61,891 nucleotides of DNA from a virus (Duplodnaviria; Caudoviricetes), in the IMG/VR virus record IMGVR_UViG_3300037242_000090, positions 1 to 61,891 of that record; one strand, given 5' to 3'. The notes beneath the pieces were generated by a model, which worked only from the letters and a program-made list of their open reading frames with translations, had not been told where the DNA came from and did not search any database. The translations under genes were made by a program, and so were the position numbers. This document shows positions 35,028-45,875 of this stretch, piece after piece. Each line of letters opens with the position of its first letter. The stretch's first letter is position 1.

Positions 35028-37943
35028 ATGGCCAGCCTTCCCTATCCGTTCATGGTGCGCGACATTTACGGCAATCCGGTTGCTGGCGCAACCCTGACGG
35101 TATATGGCGTGACGGCGCTATCCAACGGTTCAACCGTTTCGGTTACGCCCACCACTCTTGATTTGGGTGATGGAGATTATGTCGCTTATTACGACGCGCA
35201 GGCGAACGGTGAGGCGAAGATCAAATTCACCGCGACCAAAAGCGGGGCGAACATAGCCGCGAATCCGGTTGTCATTGCCACGCTGGATAGCTCGCGGATT
35301 CAGACTTCGCTACCCGCTCCCGCCGCAGCGGCCTCGGGCGGTTTGCCCACCATCGGCGGAGGTTCTGGCCAGATCAACCCCGACGGCGCGGGCAACGTCA
35401 GTCTTTCCGCCGCCGCGCTGCAGACGATCGCGCAGGAACTTTGTGGCATCTCTGGAACGGTCTGGTTCGTCAGCACCGCAGGCAGCGACAGCAATACGGG
35501 AAAATCGTGGGGACAGGCGTTTCTCACACCCACCCACGCCGCATCGGTGGCCGTGGCCGGCGATCTGATCATCGTCGGGCCGGGAACATTCGCCCTGGGC
35601 GCTACCGCGATCAACCTGCCCGATCATGTTTCGATTTACGGGGCAGGGAAGTACGTCACCTTCATCACCAGCACGATCGCCAGCGATACGGGGATCGTCG
35701 CGCCGGGCAGTGATTCTGTGGTGCAGGACCTGAACATCACCGGCATCGCATCCTCGGGCGCGTTCCAGGCCCCGATCGGAAAGGCAAATGGGAATACCCC
35801 GACCTATGCGCTGATACGCCGCTGCAGCCTCAACGCCGACACCGACGGGATTTACTTTAACAACACGGTGGGCGGCGGCACGATCGACGTCGTCGATTGC
35901 GACATCAGCACCAAATACGACACGCTCAACGCCAGCCCCACGTTCGGCACGATCACCGTCAATTTCTACAACGTGCGCTCCAGCGCCGTCGGCCCCTCGG
36001 GCGGCTCTTCGGGACTGATTACCAGGGGCATCGTCGCGTCCGCCAACAGCATCGTGAACGTGTACGGCGGATATTCCTACGCCTCCAACAGCGGGGCGGG
36101 GCAGACGATCCTCTGCGCCGCGGCATCCGAGGGTGGCGGGCTTAATTGCTACGGCGTACGGTTCAACACCGTGCAATCCGGCTCGGCGACGACCAGCGCG
36201 GACGTGGTGAACGGGGGCGGCACGGTCACGCTGAGCGATTGCCTTGGCTCGGGAACCGGCGGCGCGGTGCAGACCAGCGGCACGATCAAGCTGCAAAATA
36301 CCTCCATTAGCGCGGCGGGACAGATCGCTTCGGGCGCGATCGCGGGGCCGCAGGCGTTTAACAACACCGGGCAGACAACCAACCTGCCGGTCGATGTTCA
36401 GACGATCAAGGGGCAAACCATCACGGCCACCGCTGGGTTCAGTTACGACGCCCAGACGACCGCTCAGACCAACATCGGCAATATTTCATCCGGCACAACG
36501 GTCATCCGCGCCAACGATTTTGGGGGCAATCACGTGGCGTTGGCATCGTCGATCCTGACCGGAGCGCAGATCGCAACCGCTGTCTGGCAGGATGCGACTT
36601 CCGGAGATTTCACGACCGCCGCCAGCGCCGGCAAGATGCTCATGACCACGTTGCCGGCCGACGTGCTGGCGATTCCCACCAATCCATACACGGGCACACC
36701 GCCCACAACGGCGCAAATTGCAACGGCGGTTTGGCAAGACGTGACCAGCGGAAGCGACTTCACAACGGCCAGCAGCATCGGGCTTCTGCTGGCGACCGAC
36801 ATCAACGCCACGATCAGCAGCCGCAGTACCTTCGCTGCCGGCGGCCCGGTCAACGCCACGCAGTGGGGCGGGGTGAACGTCACCGGCATGCCCATGCCGA
36901 CGTATACCCAGCCCACAGGGTTCCTCGCCGCGACGTTCCCGACGCTGGTCAGCAGCTATGCCGGTGGCGCGGTCGCCAGTGTCACCGCCGCGGTAACGGT
37001 TGCCGCCAGTGGCATCGCCAGCCCGCAGGCGTTTAACAACACAGGGCAGACGAGCTATCTGCCCGCTAACGTCATGCAGATCGACGGCCAATCCGCGCTG
37101 GCCAGCGGTAGCGTCACGTTCCCATCGATCATTGGCACAAGCACGCTCTCCGCTGGCGCTCAAATGGATCTGGTGAATTCGCCCAACGCCACCGCCCTGA
37201 GCGCGATCGCGACGGCGGTCTGGGCGGCCACCACACGCACACTCACTGGCTTTGGCTCATTAGTCGCCTCTATCGCCGCGGCGATCCTCAAGACGCCGGC
37301 GAACCTGCTGGCCACGGACTCCAATGGGAATGTAACTGGCACGATCGGCGGCTACGCCAGCGGCCAGGACCCGGCAACCTTGCTGACTAACAGCAGCGGA
37401 TATCTGGCGGCGGTAGCCAACGCGATATGGACGGCGGCTACACGCACGCTGAGTTCATTTGGAAGCTTTGTCAGCGCCATTGCGGCCGCAATTCTGAAAA
37501 CGCCGGCCAATCTTCTGGCCACCGACTCAAGCGGCAACGTGACGTTCAACAACGCCACGGGTCCGGTGAATGTCACGATTTATTCCCCGGTGGTGGCTCC
37601 GGGTGTGGTAGCCAATATTTACCGTGGTGACGATTATCTAGCCGCAGACGGGCTGGCGATCACCGGGCCGATTACTAATTACACTGGCCCGAGCCTCGCC
37701 GGCGCGACCGGGGAATTCAAGTTACTATCTATAGCTTCTCCGCAGGTAGCCACGGCTTTTGCAACAACCGCCGCGATTAACGTTAGCGGGACGAACGTAA
37801 CATTTAGTGCGGACATGCACGACACGGACACCGCAGACTTGTCCCCAGGTATTTACCCAGCCTTCTTCAAGGCCATCTTGGCGAGCGGAAGTGTCGCCAC
37901 TCGGGTTGTCGGCGTCGTGAACGTCTTGCAAGCTCCGCAATAG
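35028..37943 (+). CDS. large beta-helix/adhesin-like protein with internal repeats
   Basis: WFVSTAGSDSNTGKSWGQAFLT...GD.IIVGPGTF; duplicated QIATAVWQD, PQAFNNTGQT and AAAILKTPANLLATDS segments. Confidence 0.8.
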   Translation: MASLPYPFMVRDIYGNPVAGATLTVYGVTALSNGSTVSVTPTTLDLGDGDYVAYYDAQANGEAKIKFTATKSGANIAANPVVIATLDSSRIQTSLPAPAAAASGGLPTIGGGSGQINPDGAGNVSLSAAALQTIAQELCGISGTVWFVSTAGSDSNTGKSWGQAFLTPTHAASVAVAGDLIIVGPGTFALGATAINLPDHVSIYGAGKYVTFITSTIASDTGIVAPGSDSVVQDLNITGIASSGAFQAPIGKANGNTPTYALIRRCSLNADTDGIYFNNTVGGGTIDVVDCDISTKYDTLNASPTFGTITVNFYNVRSSAVGPSGGSSGLITRGIVASANSIVNVYGGYSYASNSGAGQTILCAAASEGGGLNCYGVRFNTVQSGSATTSADVVNGGGTVTLSDCLGSGTGGAVQTSGTIKLQNTSISAAGQIASGAIAGPQAFNNTGQTTNLPVDVQTIKGQTITATAGFSYDAQTTAQTNIGNISSGTTVIRANDFGGNHVALASSILTGAQIATAVWQDATSGDFTTAASAGKMLMTTLPADVLAIPTNPYTGTPPTTAQIATAVWQDVTSGSDFTTASSIGLLLATDINATISSRSTFAAGGPVNATQWGGVNVTGMPMPTYTQPTGFLAATFPTLVSSYAGGAVASVTAAVTVAASGIASPQAFNNTGQTSYLPANVMQIDGQSALASGSVTFPSIIGTSTLSAGAQMDLVNSPNATALSAIATAVWAATTRTLTGFGSLVASIAAAILKTPANLLATDSNGNVTGTIGGYASGQDPATLLTNSSGYLAAVANAIWTAATRTLSSFGSFVSAIAAAILKTPANLLATDSSGNVTFNNATGPVNVTIYSPVVAPGVVANIYRGDDYLAADGLAITGPITNYTGPSLAGATGEFKLLSIASPQVATAFATTAAINVSGTNVTFSADMHDTDTADLSPGIYPAFFKAILASGSVATRVVGVVNVLQAPQ

Positions 37944-37947
37944 CCCG

Positions 37948-40077
37948 ATGGCAGCGCCGTACAAACGCAAACAGCGATCGGCCAACCAAGCTGCCGCAGA
38001 TTACGCCAAGCATTCCGAGCGGGCGGCAACGCGACAAGCCGATGCCAGCCGCGCGGGCCGCGACATCGGCGAAATTCCAAAGGTCGCCGATCCGGCCCGC
38101 AAGGAACGTGGGAGTAAGAGCCTTGAGTTTTTCCTGCGGGCGTATCTGGGCAAGCGGTTTTACTTGCCATGGTCCGAGGACCATATCAAGGCGATCGACA
38201 AGACCCAGCGGGCCATTCTCAGCGGAATCGCCGAGTTATTCGCTTGGGCCATGCCGCGCGGCGGCGGGAAAACCTCGATCGTTGTGGGCGCGGCGTTGTG
38301 GGCGCTGCTCTACTTCCCCCAGATGTTCCTGCTGCTGCTGGCGGCGACCGATGATCTGGCGAAGAATCTGCTGAGCAGCATCAAGGCGGAGCTTGAAACC
38401 AACACAGTGCTGGCGGCTGATTTCCCGGAAGTCTGTTATCCAGTTAGCAAACTCGATGGGATCGCCAATCGCGCACAGGCCCAGCTCTATCGCAAAGAGC
38501 GCACGCGGCTGAAATGGGGATCCGATGAGATTATTTTCCCCAGCATCCCCGGCTCTGTATGTGCTGGCACGATCGTCCGGGTAGCTGGAATCACCGGTGC
38601 CTTTCGCGGCGCGTCATTTACCCGATCAGATGGCTCGACAGTTCGACCGCGGGTTGTGATTTTAGATGATCCGCAGACCGATGAAGTTGCCAAAGGCTTC
38701 AATCAGGTCGACAAGCTCGAGGCGATTATCAACGGCGCGGTGCTCGGTCTGGCCGGCCCCAATGAAACAGTAACGGTCCTGATGCCATGCACGGTCATTG
38801 CCCCCGATGACCTGAGCGACCGCTTCCTTGACCGCGAGAAAAACCCGATCTGGCAGGGTGAGCGGGCCAAGATGATCTATGGCTGGCCGGCCCACGAAGA
38901 CCTCTGGGACCAATACGCCAAGATTCGCGGTGATGCACTCCGCGCGGGATTGGATCAGACAGAGGCCACTACCTTCTATCGGGCCAATCGTGCGGCGATG
39001 GATGATGGCGCCGCGGCCGCATGGCCGGTTCGCAAACTGCCGGATGACCTGAGCGCCATCCAGCACGCGATGAATCTGTTTTACAAGATCGGCCGCCGCG
39101 CATTCTTCTCTGAATATCAAAACGATCCGATCCCCGAAGACAAAAAGGACGCGCTGGCGCTGACGGTTGAACTTACTGCGTCCAAGGCCAACGGGATGCC
39201 GCGCGGCTTGGTGCCATTGGAATCCACCCGGCTGGTCGCGTTCATCGACGTTCAGAAGGAATTGCTGTTTTACGTCGTGGCCGCCGTCGATGGGGCGTTC
39301 GGTGGTCATGTATGCGACTACGGTACTTATCCCGACCAGAAGCGTGAGGTGTTCAGCAAGTCCGATGTGCGCCGCACATTGATGTTGGCAGAGAAGGCCA
39401 ACCGGTGGGAAGAGGGTGTGCGGCGTGGGCTTGATGCCATTGCATCGCTCATCATTGGGCACAAGTGGACACGAGACGGCGGCGGCGTCGCGACGATTCA
39501 GCGATCCCTGGTCGACGCACACTGGGGGGATTCGACCGAAATTGTCAAAAACTTCTGCCGCAGCAGCGTGCATTCTTCGGTGCTGACGCCCAGCTATGGC
39601 CTGGGCATCACGGCCGGCAAGCTCCCGATCAATGACAAGCCGGTGAAGCCGGGCGAGCGGGCTGGGTTGAACTGGAGGATGCCGATACCAAAGCCCGGCC
39701 AAGTGCGGCATATCACTTTCGACGCCAACTTCTGGAAGTCATTTGCCGCCGCACGACTCATGCAGGCCGAGCGGACTTCGGGCAATTGGACTATTTGGGG
39801 AAGCCCCGAGGATCACCCGCTTCTGTGCCGCCATTGGACCAGCGAATACCCGACACCAACCGAGGGTCGCGGACGCAAGGTTACAGAGTGGAGCTTGAGG
39901 CCGGATCGGCCGGACAACGATTGGTGGGATGGATTGGTCGGTTGCATGGTGGCGGCGTCGATGGAAGGCGCAGCCTTGGCCGAAATGCCCAATGGCGATC
40001 CGGCTAAACCGAGGGTGCGGAAGAGCCAGATCCAGGCGGCACGCCGGCAATGGCAGGCAAAACAAGGAAAAAATTAA
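37948..40077 (+). CDS. terminase large subunit (GpA-like C-terminus)
   Basis: Walker A MPRGGGKT, Walker B VILDDPQ, EYQNDP, FIDVQ, NDWWDG. Confidence 0.92.
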   Translation: MAAPYKRKQRSANQAAADYAKHSERAATRQADASRAGRDIGEIPKVADPARKERGSKSLEFFLRAYLGKRFYLPWSEDHIKAIDKTQRAILSGIAELFAWAMPRGGGKTSIVVGAALWALLYFPQMFLLLLAATDDLAKNLLSSIKAELETNTVLAADFPEVCYPVSKLDGIANRAQAQLYRKERTRLKWGSDEIIFPSIPGSVCAGTIVRVAGITGAFRGASFTRSDGSTVRPRVVILDDPQTDEVAKGFNQVDKLEAIINGAVLGLAGPNETVTVLMPCTVIAPDDLSDRFLDREKNPIWQGERAKMIYGWPAHEDLWDQYAKIRGDALRAGLDQTEATTFYRANRAAMDDGAAAAWPVRKLPDDLSAIQHAMNLFYKIGRRAFFSEYQNDPIPEDKKDALALTVELTASKANGMPRGLVPLESTRLVAFIDVQKELLFYVVAAVDGAFGGHVCDYGTYPDQKREVFSKSDVRRTLMLAEKANRWEEGVRRGLDAIASLIIGHKWTRDGGGVATIQRSLVDAHWGDSTEIVKNFCRSSVHSSVLTPSYGLGITAGKLPINDKPVKPGERAGLNWRMPIPKPGQVRHITFDANFWKSFAAARLMQAERTSGNWTIWGSPEDHPLLCRHWTSEYPTPTEGRGRKVTEWSLRPDRPDNDWWDGLVGCMVAASMEGAALAEMPNGDPAKPRVRKSQIQAARRQWQAKQGKN

Positions 40078-40302
40078 ATGACTGATGATCTTCTCCCCAG
40101 CATTCAAACCAACGCCGCGGCGCCCAGGACCGTAGACGTTGACGGCACGAGTGTCACCCAACAAACCTTGGGCGACCAGATCAAGGCGGACAAGTATTCC
40201 AAGCAGGCCCAGGCCCAGGCCGCCCGCGCCGTGCCGTTCCGCCAGGTCAAACTCCGCCTGCCCGGCGCCTCTGGCGTGGATATCCACGACGGCCGTTTTT
40301 GA
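40078..40302 (+). CDS. putative head-tail joining protein
   Basis: 74 aa between terminase and portal (lambda gpW position). Confidence 0.6.
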   Translation: MTDDLLPSIQTNAAAPRTVDVDGTSVTQQTLGDQIKADKYSKQAQAQAARAVPFRQVKLRLPGASGVDIHDGRF

Positions 40303-41909
40303 TGCAGAATTTCGACCCATCCGCATTGAGCGAAGACATCCTGCCGACGACGGCGACGGTGCTTGCGCGTCGCACCGACGGTGATCGCCCCAAGATCGTC
40401 GGCGAGCAGGAGAATCGCCGGCTGTTGCGCCAGCGTTTCCCCGCAGAAATCAAAGCTCGGTTTGATACCCAGTTCACTACCGACGACAACCGCCGGCACT
40501 GGGCTCTGTCCGACGGGATGTCGATTGACGCGCAGGCGTCGTGGATGGTGCGGCGCATCCTGAGAATGCGCTGCCGGTATGAGTACCATAACAATCCGTA
40601 TTTCAGCGGCGCCGCAAATCGTCTAGCGCGGTTTGTGATCGGTCCCACCGGCCCCCGGCTGCACGTTGCGCTAGGCAACGGTCTGGCGGCCAAGAAGTTG
40701 GGTCGCCAAATTGAGAACAGTTTTAGCGCCTGGTCCAAGCAAATCCGTTTGGCCCGCAAGCTTCGCACCTCCCGGGCCTCTCGGTTCTACAACGGCGAGG
40801 GGTTTCTGCTGCTTCGCACCAACCCCAACGTCCGACACCGGGTCAAGCTGGACGTCTTTGAGGTCGAGTGCGATCAAGTCAGTAGCCCCTTGTTTGGGAT
40901 GTACCCGGCCAATTATCCCGATCAGTTTTTCGACGGAGTGGTGTTGGATCCCTGGGGAAACCCCGAGGTCTATCACATATTGCGTCAGCACCCCGGCGCT
41001 TTTGGCGCGTTCGTGATTATGGGGTATGAGTTCGAGCAGTGGCCCGCCAAATATGTGATTCACGACTACGGCGCGCTGCGGCCGGGTCAGCAGCGTGGGA
41101 TAGGCGAGGCGGTGCCGGCGCTGGACCTCTACGCCGACCTGCGGCGGTTCAGAAAGGCGGTTTGCAAGGCGGCCGAAGCGGCGGCGCGGTTTCCGATGGC
41201 AGTCAAGACCCAGGGTCCGGCCGATATTAATTCCGATCAAAGCCAGTGGAACAAGCCCGACACCTATGAGGTTGGAGATGTGCAGTTGACCGTGCTACCC
41301 GATGGAACGGACCTAGCCGGGGTCAAGGCCGAGCAACCCACGACGACGCACGATGCCTTCAGCATGTCACTGCTGACCGAGATCGGCCAGGTGATCGATA
41401 TGCCGCTGTTCATTCTGTCCGGAGATGCGCGCTTGGCTAACATGGCCAGTGCCTACATCGCCAGTGAACCATTCGTCAACTTCGTCAGTACCGATCGCGC
41501 CGAAAATTACGAGCTGCATTGCGACCGAATCCTGGGGGAATTTATTCCGGAAGCCATTCTTTGCGGCGAGCTGCCCCGCGATACGCCACAGGAGTTCGAG
41601 CACACCTGGCGTTGGAGCCGGGTCAGAAACCACGCCGATCCGGCGAAGATGGCCGCAGCACAGGCTCAGCGATTGGACAGCGGCACAACCTCGATTCCGC
41701 ATGAAGCTGCGTTGGATGGAAACGACTGGGAAGAAATGCAGGAGTCCGACGCCAAGTCACTTGGGATGACGATCGTCGAATACCGCGCGGCCCTCAGGCA
41801 GAAGCGGTTCGCCATTCGCGGCCAACCCTCGCCGGCGACGGTTGATCCAGAGCCAGCCGATCCCAAGGACGGCCCGGGTGACCCGATCGACGACAACGAA
41901 AACGAGTGA
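40302..41909 (+). CDS. lambda-family portal protein
   Basis: LRMRCRYEYHNNPY, GEGF, DGVVLDPWGNP..YHI, RPGQQRG, DPAK. Confidence 0.92.
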   Translation: MQNFDPSALSEDILPTTATVLARRTDGDRPKIVGEQENRRLLRQRFPAEIKARFDTQFTTDDNRRHWALSDGMSIDAQASWMVRRILRMRCRYEYHNNPYFSGAANRLARFVIGPTGPRLHVALGNGLAAKKLGRQIENSFSAWSKQIRLARKLRTSRASRFYNGEGFLLLRTNPNVRHRVKLDVFEVECDQVSSPLFGMYPANYPDQFFDGVVLDPWGNPEVYHILRQHPGAFGAFVIMGYEFEQWPAKYVIHDYGALRPGQQRGIGEAVPALDLYADLRRFRKAVCKAAEAAARFPMAVKTQGPADINSDQSQWNKPDTYEVGDVQLTVLPDGTDLAGVKAEQPTTTHDAFSMSLLTEIGQVIDMPLFILSGDARLANMASAYIASEPFVNFVSTDRAENYELHCDRILGEFIPEAILCGELPRDTPQEFEHTWRWSRVRNHADPAKMAAAQAQRLDSGTTSIPHEAALDGNDWEEMQESDAKSLGMTIVEYRAALRQKRFAIRGQPSPATVDPEPADPKDGPGDPIDDNENE

Positions 41910-42087
41910 TCTGCGGAAGAAATAGAGAGCGACAAGCGGTGGGTGGCGTGCTGTTCAGGATTATGCTGGATGAAATTGAAATGTTGAAAAGTGATCAGCA
42001 ATTGGCTGGACCGAGATTTGTTCGAATGTGTCCGGGTTGAGGAAATTGAGGGACGCTAGGGACGCTGGCGAATCAGTGTTACAAAAC

Positions 42088-44880
42088 ATGACACACACAC
42101 TCAACCGCAAGGCACTGGAGTGCCTCAAGGCGATGGTCCGTGCCGGCGATTTCGTGGACAAGCCATGGAACTGGGACGCCGCCGCCTCTAACCAACTGCT
42201 GGGCGATCCGGCCAATTGGACGGACTACGCCAAGTGGTTCCTGGGGATTCTGGAAGGCAAGGCCGACGCCGCCCAGGACTTTGCCGACGACGCTCAGAAC
42301 CAGCCACACAAAGATTGGTTTGCCTATCCCTACGGGGATGGGGTGAAGGTTAACCTGCAGGCGCTGCGGGCCATTGCCAGCCGAGCCAGCGCCCAGGGCG
42401 ATCAGCACATCGCCGACGCCGCCAGTGAAGCACTCAAGGACGCCAACTCGATGTTGGCCGATCGGGCCAGCGCCTGCGACGCGCCCCTGGAAATTACGGC
42501 GACGCTGCAAATCAAAGCTGGTGCCGCTGGCGCCGATGGCAAGCCGTCGGTCCCGACCTACGAAATGGACCCGTACAACGGCGGCCCGCTACGACTCAAG
42601 GGCTGGCAGCATCCGGTGGTCGTTGATCTGGATGGGTTGCAGGGCATGGATCGCCCTAGACCGAATTTCCGGGATCACGATCCGTCCAAGATCGCCGGCC
42701 ACACAAAATCGGTTTCGGTGCAGCAGGAGAATGGACGCCCGATACTCAAGGCGTCTGGCGTGATGAGCGGGCAAGGACATCCACATGCCGACGAAATTAT
42801 CAGCCACTCCAAGAATGGTTTTCCCTGGCAGGCGTCAATCGGCGCCCGCGTTTTGAAGAACCAATTTGTGCCCGAGGGCGAGACGGCCCAAGCCAACGGG
42901 CAAACCTGGCATGGGCCTGTCAACATCGCGCGGCGAACGTCGCTGGGCGAGATTTCATTTGTCGCTTTGGGCGCCGACGATACCACGTCCGCCCGCATCG
43001 CGGCCAACGCCGCAGGAGCATCCGTCATGAAGAAGAAGTTTGCCGCATGGGCCAAAGCCCGCGGTCTCAAGGCGTCCGAGCTGGATGAGGCCAGCATGAA
43101 GGCCGCCAAGGCGCTCTACAAGGCGCAGATGAAGTGCGAGGCGGACGATGAGTCTGATGAAGACTACGACGAAGAGCAGGACGCTAAAGATGAGGACAAA
43201 AAGAAGAAGAAGGACGCCGATACCAAGAAGAAGGCCGACGCCAAGGCTAAGGAGCTTGCGATACAGGCATCCGCCGACAACGACGATGCGTCCGAGACTG
43301 TGATCGACGGCACGGCCGGCATCGACATGAAGAAGATCGCTGCGCAGGCGGCCGCAGAGACGCGCAAGGCGGCTCTGGCGGAGCGACGCAAGGTCGCTGC
43401 GATCACGGCCAAGCTCGATGAGTTCAAACCCCAGATTGAGGCCAAGAAGTTCGCCGACATCGAGGCCAAGGCTTTTGAGGAAGATTGGGACTGCGATCGG
43501 GTTGAGCTTGAATGCCGCCGCAGCGCCCGCGCCGGCAAGCCGGCCAATGCCGCTTGGGCGGGCGTTCCGTTCGTGAACACCGGGGTGGGCGAGGAGCCGA
43601 CCGAGGAAATCATTGCCGCGGCCTGCGCGCTCAACGGCAATGTCTCGGAGAAGTATGCCCTGGCCGGACTGAATGAACAGCAGAAGAATATCGTCGCTAG
43701 CGGCAAGTTCCGCCGCGGCTTCTCCAGCATCTACGACATCTGCGACGTCGTAGCCGCCGCGCACGGCCTGCACCTGGGATCAAATCACATGGACCGCGAT
43801 GTGCTCGAGGCCATGCAGAAGGTCGAGATGCGGCGGGTGATGGAGATCCGGGCCGAAGGTGGCGCGGGCGGATTCTCGACGATGAGCCTGTCGGGAATCA
43901 CCGAGAATATCCTCAACAAGGCGATGCTTGAGGCGTACGGCATGGTCAAGAGCCTGGTGCCGATGTTTTGCTACGAGACCGACACGACTGATTTCAAGAC
44001 CTTCAAGCGCTATCGGCTCACTGCCAGCGGCATCTTGGCAGCTCTGGGGGCGACCGGAGAATTGAAGTCGATCAGTCTGCAGGATGAAAGTTATCCCAAC
44101 CAAGTCAAGACACAGGGCGTGATACTGAACATCTCGCGCCAGATCCTGCTCAATGACGACATGGGGGCACTCACGCAGACCCCGACGGTGCTGGGCCGCG
44201 GCTCGGCGCTATACCGGGAAATGATCTTCTTTGCCAACCTGCTTTCGGCCACCGGTGCGATCGCGCCGGGCGCCAGCGTGGGACAGGTCGCCAACAACTT
44301 CAAGTTCTTCAGCAGCGGGGCAAATAACTATCTCAGTGGCGCCTCCAGCGCCCTACAGGTTTCGGCCGTGTCGACGGCGATCCAGTATTTCCGCCAGCAG
44401 ACCGACGCCAATGGGATGCCGATCATGCTGGATCCCGATCGCTTTCTCCTGCCCCCGGCCCTGGAGGCAACCGGCTTCCAGCTTTGGAACGGCGCTGAGC
44501 TGGTCGTGACCGCGCTGACCAGCACTTCGGCGGCGGTCAAGACCTACGACCCGAACATCAACGCGCACAAGGGCAAGTACACGCCTTATGTGTCGCCGTT
44601 CCTGTCCGCGACAGTGGGCACGGCTCTGGCCAAGCTCAACAAGAGCGATCCGGTGCTCTCTAACTTCTCCAATGCCAGCGACACAGCCTGGTATGTGGGG
44701 TGTAATCCCTCCGGCGGGTTCGCGCCGGTGCAGATCGGATACCTGCGTGGCCAGCGCGTGCCGATCATCGAGCGCGGTGAGACCAACTTCAACACGCTGG
44801 GGATATCCCTGCGGGCCTACTACGACTTCGGCGTGGCCCTCCACGATTCCCGATGCGCCGTCATGAGCGCCGGCGTGTAA
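42088..44880 (+). CDS. prohead protease/scaffold/major capsid fusion
   Basis: YNGG..VVVDL..DH...WQASIG..LGEISFV.LGAD protease, charged linker, capsid region with NDDMGAL, LLPPALE, G.RAYYDFGV. Confidence 0.88.
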   Translation: MTHTLNRKALECLKAMVRAGDFVDKPWNWDAAASNQLLGDPANWTDYAKWFLGILEGKADAAQDFADDAQNQPHKDWFAYPYGDGVKVNLQALRAIASRASAQGDQHIADAASEALKDANSMLADRASACDAPLEITATLQIKAGAAGADGKPSVPTYEMDPYNGGPLRLKGWQHPVVVDLDGLQGMDRPRPNFRDHDPSKIAGHTKSVSVQQENGRPILKASGVMSGQGHPHADEIISHSKNGFPWQASIGARVLKNQFVPEGETAQANGQTWHGPVNIARRTSLGEISFVALGADDTTSARIAANAAGASVMKKKFAAWAKARGLKASELDEASMKAAKALYKAQMKCEADDESDEDYDEEQDAKDEDKKKKKDADTKKKADAKAKELAIQASADNDDASETVIDGTAGIDMKKIAAQAAAETRKAALAERRKVAAITAKLDEFKPQIEAKKFADIEAKAFEEDWDCDRVELECRRSARAGKPANAAWAGVPFVNTGVGEEPTEEIIAAACALNGNVSEKYALAGLNEQQKNIVASGKFRRGFSSIYDICDVVAAAHGLHLGSNHMDRDVLEAMQKVEMRRVMEIRAEGGAGGFSTMSLSGITENILNKAMLEAYGMVKSLVPMFCYETDTTDFKTFKRYRLTASGILAALGATGELKSISLQDESYPNQVKTQGVILNISRQILLNDDMGALTQTPTVLGRGSALYREMIFFANLLSATGAIAPGASVGQVANNFKFFSSGANNYLSGASSALQVSAVSTAIQYFRQQTDANGMPIMLDPDRFLLPPALEATGFQLWNGAELVVTALTSTSAAVKTYDPNINAHKGKYTPYVSPFLSATVGTALAKLNKSDPVLSNFSNASDTAWYVGCNPSGGFAPVQIGYLRGQRVPIIERGETNFNTLGISLRAYYDFGVALHDSRCAVMSAGV

Positions 44881-44951
44881 TCCCCCGCCGGCAATTTTTC
44901 TCCCCTCCATTCACTCGGTGGATTTCCCGCCACCATACAAGGAAAAATCTT

Positions 44952-45875
44952 ATGTGGATTCCCTCTGCAAAACGGGCCCAAGGCCCGACTTTTTCTCTCG
45001 ACTACACGCCGACGGCTTTTGTGGCCGCCGGTTCGGTCGTTGTCATCGGCGGACGCGTAGGCGTCGCAGATCAAGACATCCCGGCCAATACGCTGGGCGC
45101 CCTGAATGTTTTGGGCGCTTATGACGTGATCAACGATGGCAACGCGGTAAGCGATCGCCAGGACCAGTACTGGTTGACCCAGCCGGCGGTGACCATCAGC
45201 AGCATCACGACCACAACCACCACCGCCACGGCGACCACCAGCTCGGCGCACCTGCTGCAAACGGGCCAGAACGTGATCGTCAGCGGCGCCAACCAGGCTG
45301 CCTACAATGGGCTGCAAAGCAACATCACCGTCACCGGCTCGACCACTTTTACGTTCACCGTGCCAGCCGGCACCACGACGCCGGCGACCGGCACTATGAG
45401 CGTGGGTTCCACCACGGGCGGACTGCTGACTCCCCTGGCATCCGGCAACACCTACTTCGGCTATGCCGACGGAGCGGTGGCCAGCAGCACCATTGGGACC
45501 ACCACCACTCGCGTGGTGATGACACCCAATGGATCGGCGATCGCTACCGTCGGCGAAATCATTGCCGATCCCGGCGCCACCAATGCCATACCCATTACCA
45601 ATTCTGGCATCGTCAATCTGGTATCCGCGGCCACCGAAACCCGCACCTTGGCAGCCCCGGCCAGCGCAGGCCTGAGCCTGATCCTCAACGCCCAGAACGT
45701 CACGGCGGGCACGATCACCGTCAACAGCGCCACCACCAATGTCGGCAGCGGCAGCAAGTCCCATATCGCCCTGTCCGCCAATGGCCAGGCGATTGAACTG
45801 CTGTCGATCACCAGCAGCACCGCGGGTGTGTACAGGTGGATGGTCCGTGGTAACGACGGCACGGTTCTGTCGTAA
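44952..45875 (+). CDS. DUF2190-like capsid decoration protein with extra domains
   Basis: LDYTP..VAAGSVVVIG..VGVA..DIPANTLGAL start, then Thr-rich inserted domains. Confidence 0.7.
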   Translation: MWIPSAKRAQGPTFSLDYTPTAFVAAGSVVVIGGRVGVADQDIPANTLGALNVLGAYDVINDGNAVSDRQDQYWLTQPAVTISSITTTTTTATATTSSAHLLQTGQNVIVSGANQAAYNGLQSNITVTGSTTFTFTVPAGTTTPATGTMSVGSTTGGLLTPLASGNTYFGYADGAVASSTIGTTTTRVVMTPNGSAIATVGEIIADPGATNAIPITNSGIVNLVSAATETRTLAAPASAGLSLILNAQNVTAGTITVNSATTNVGSGSKSHIALSANGQAIELLSITSSTAGVYRWMVRGNDGTVLS

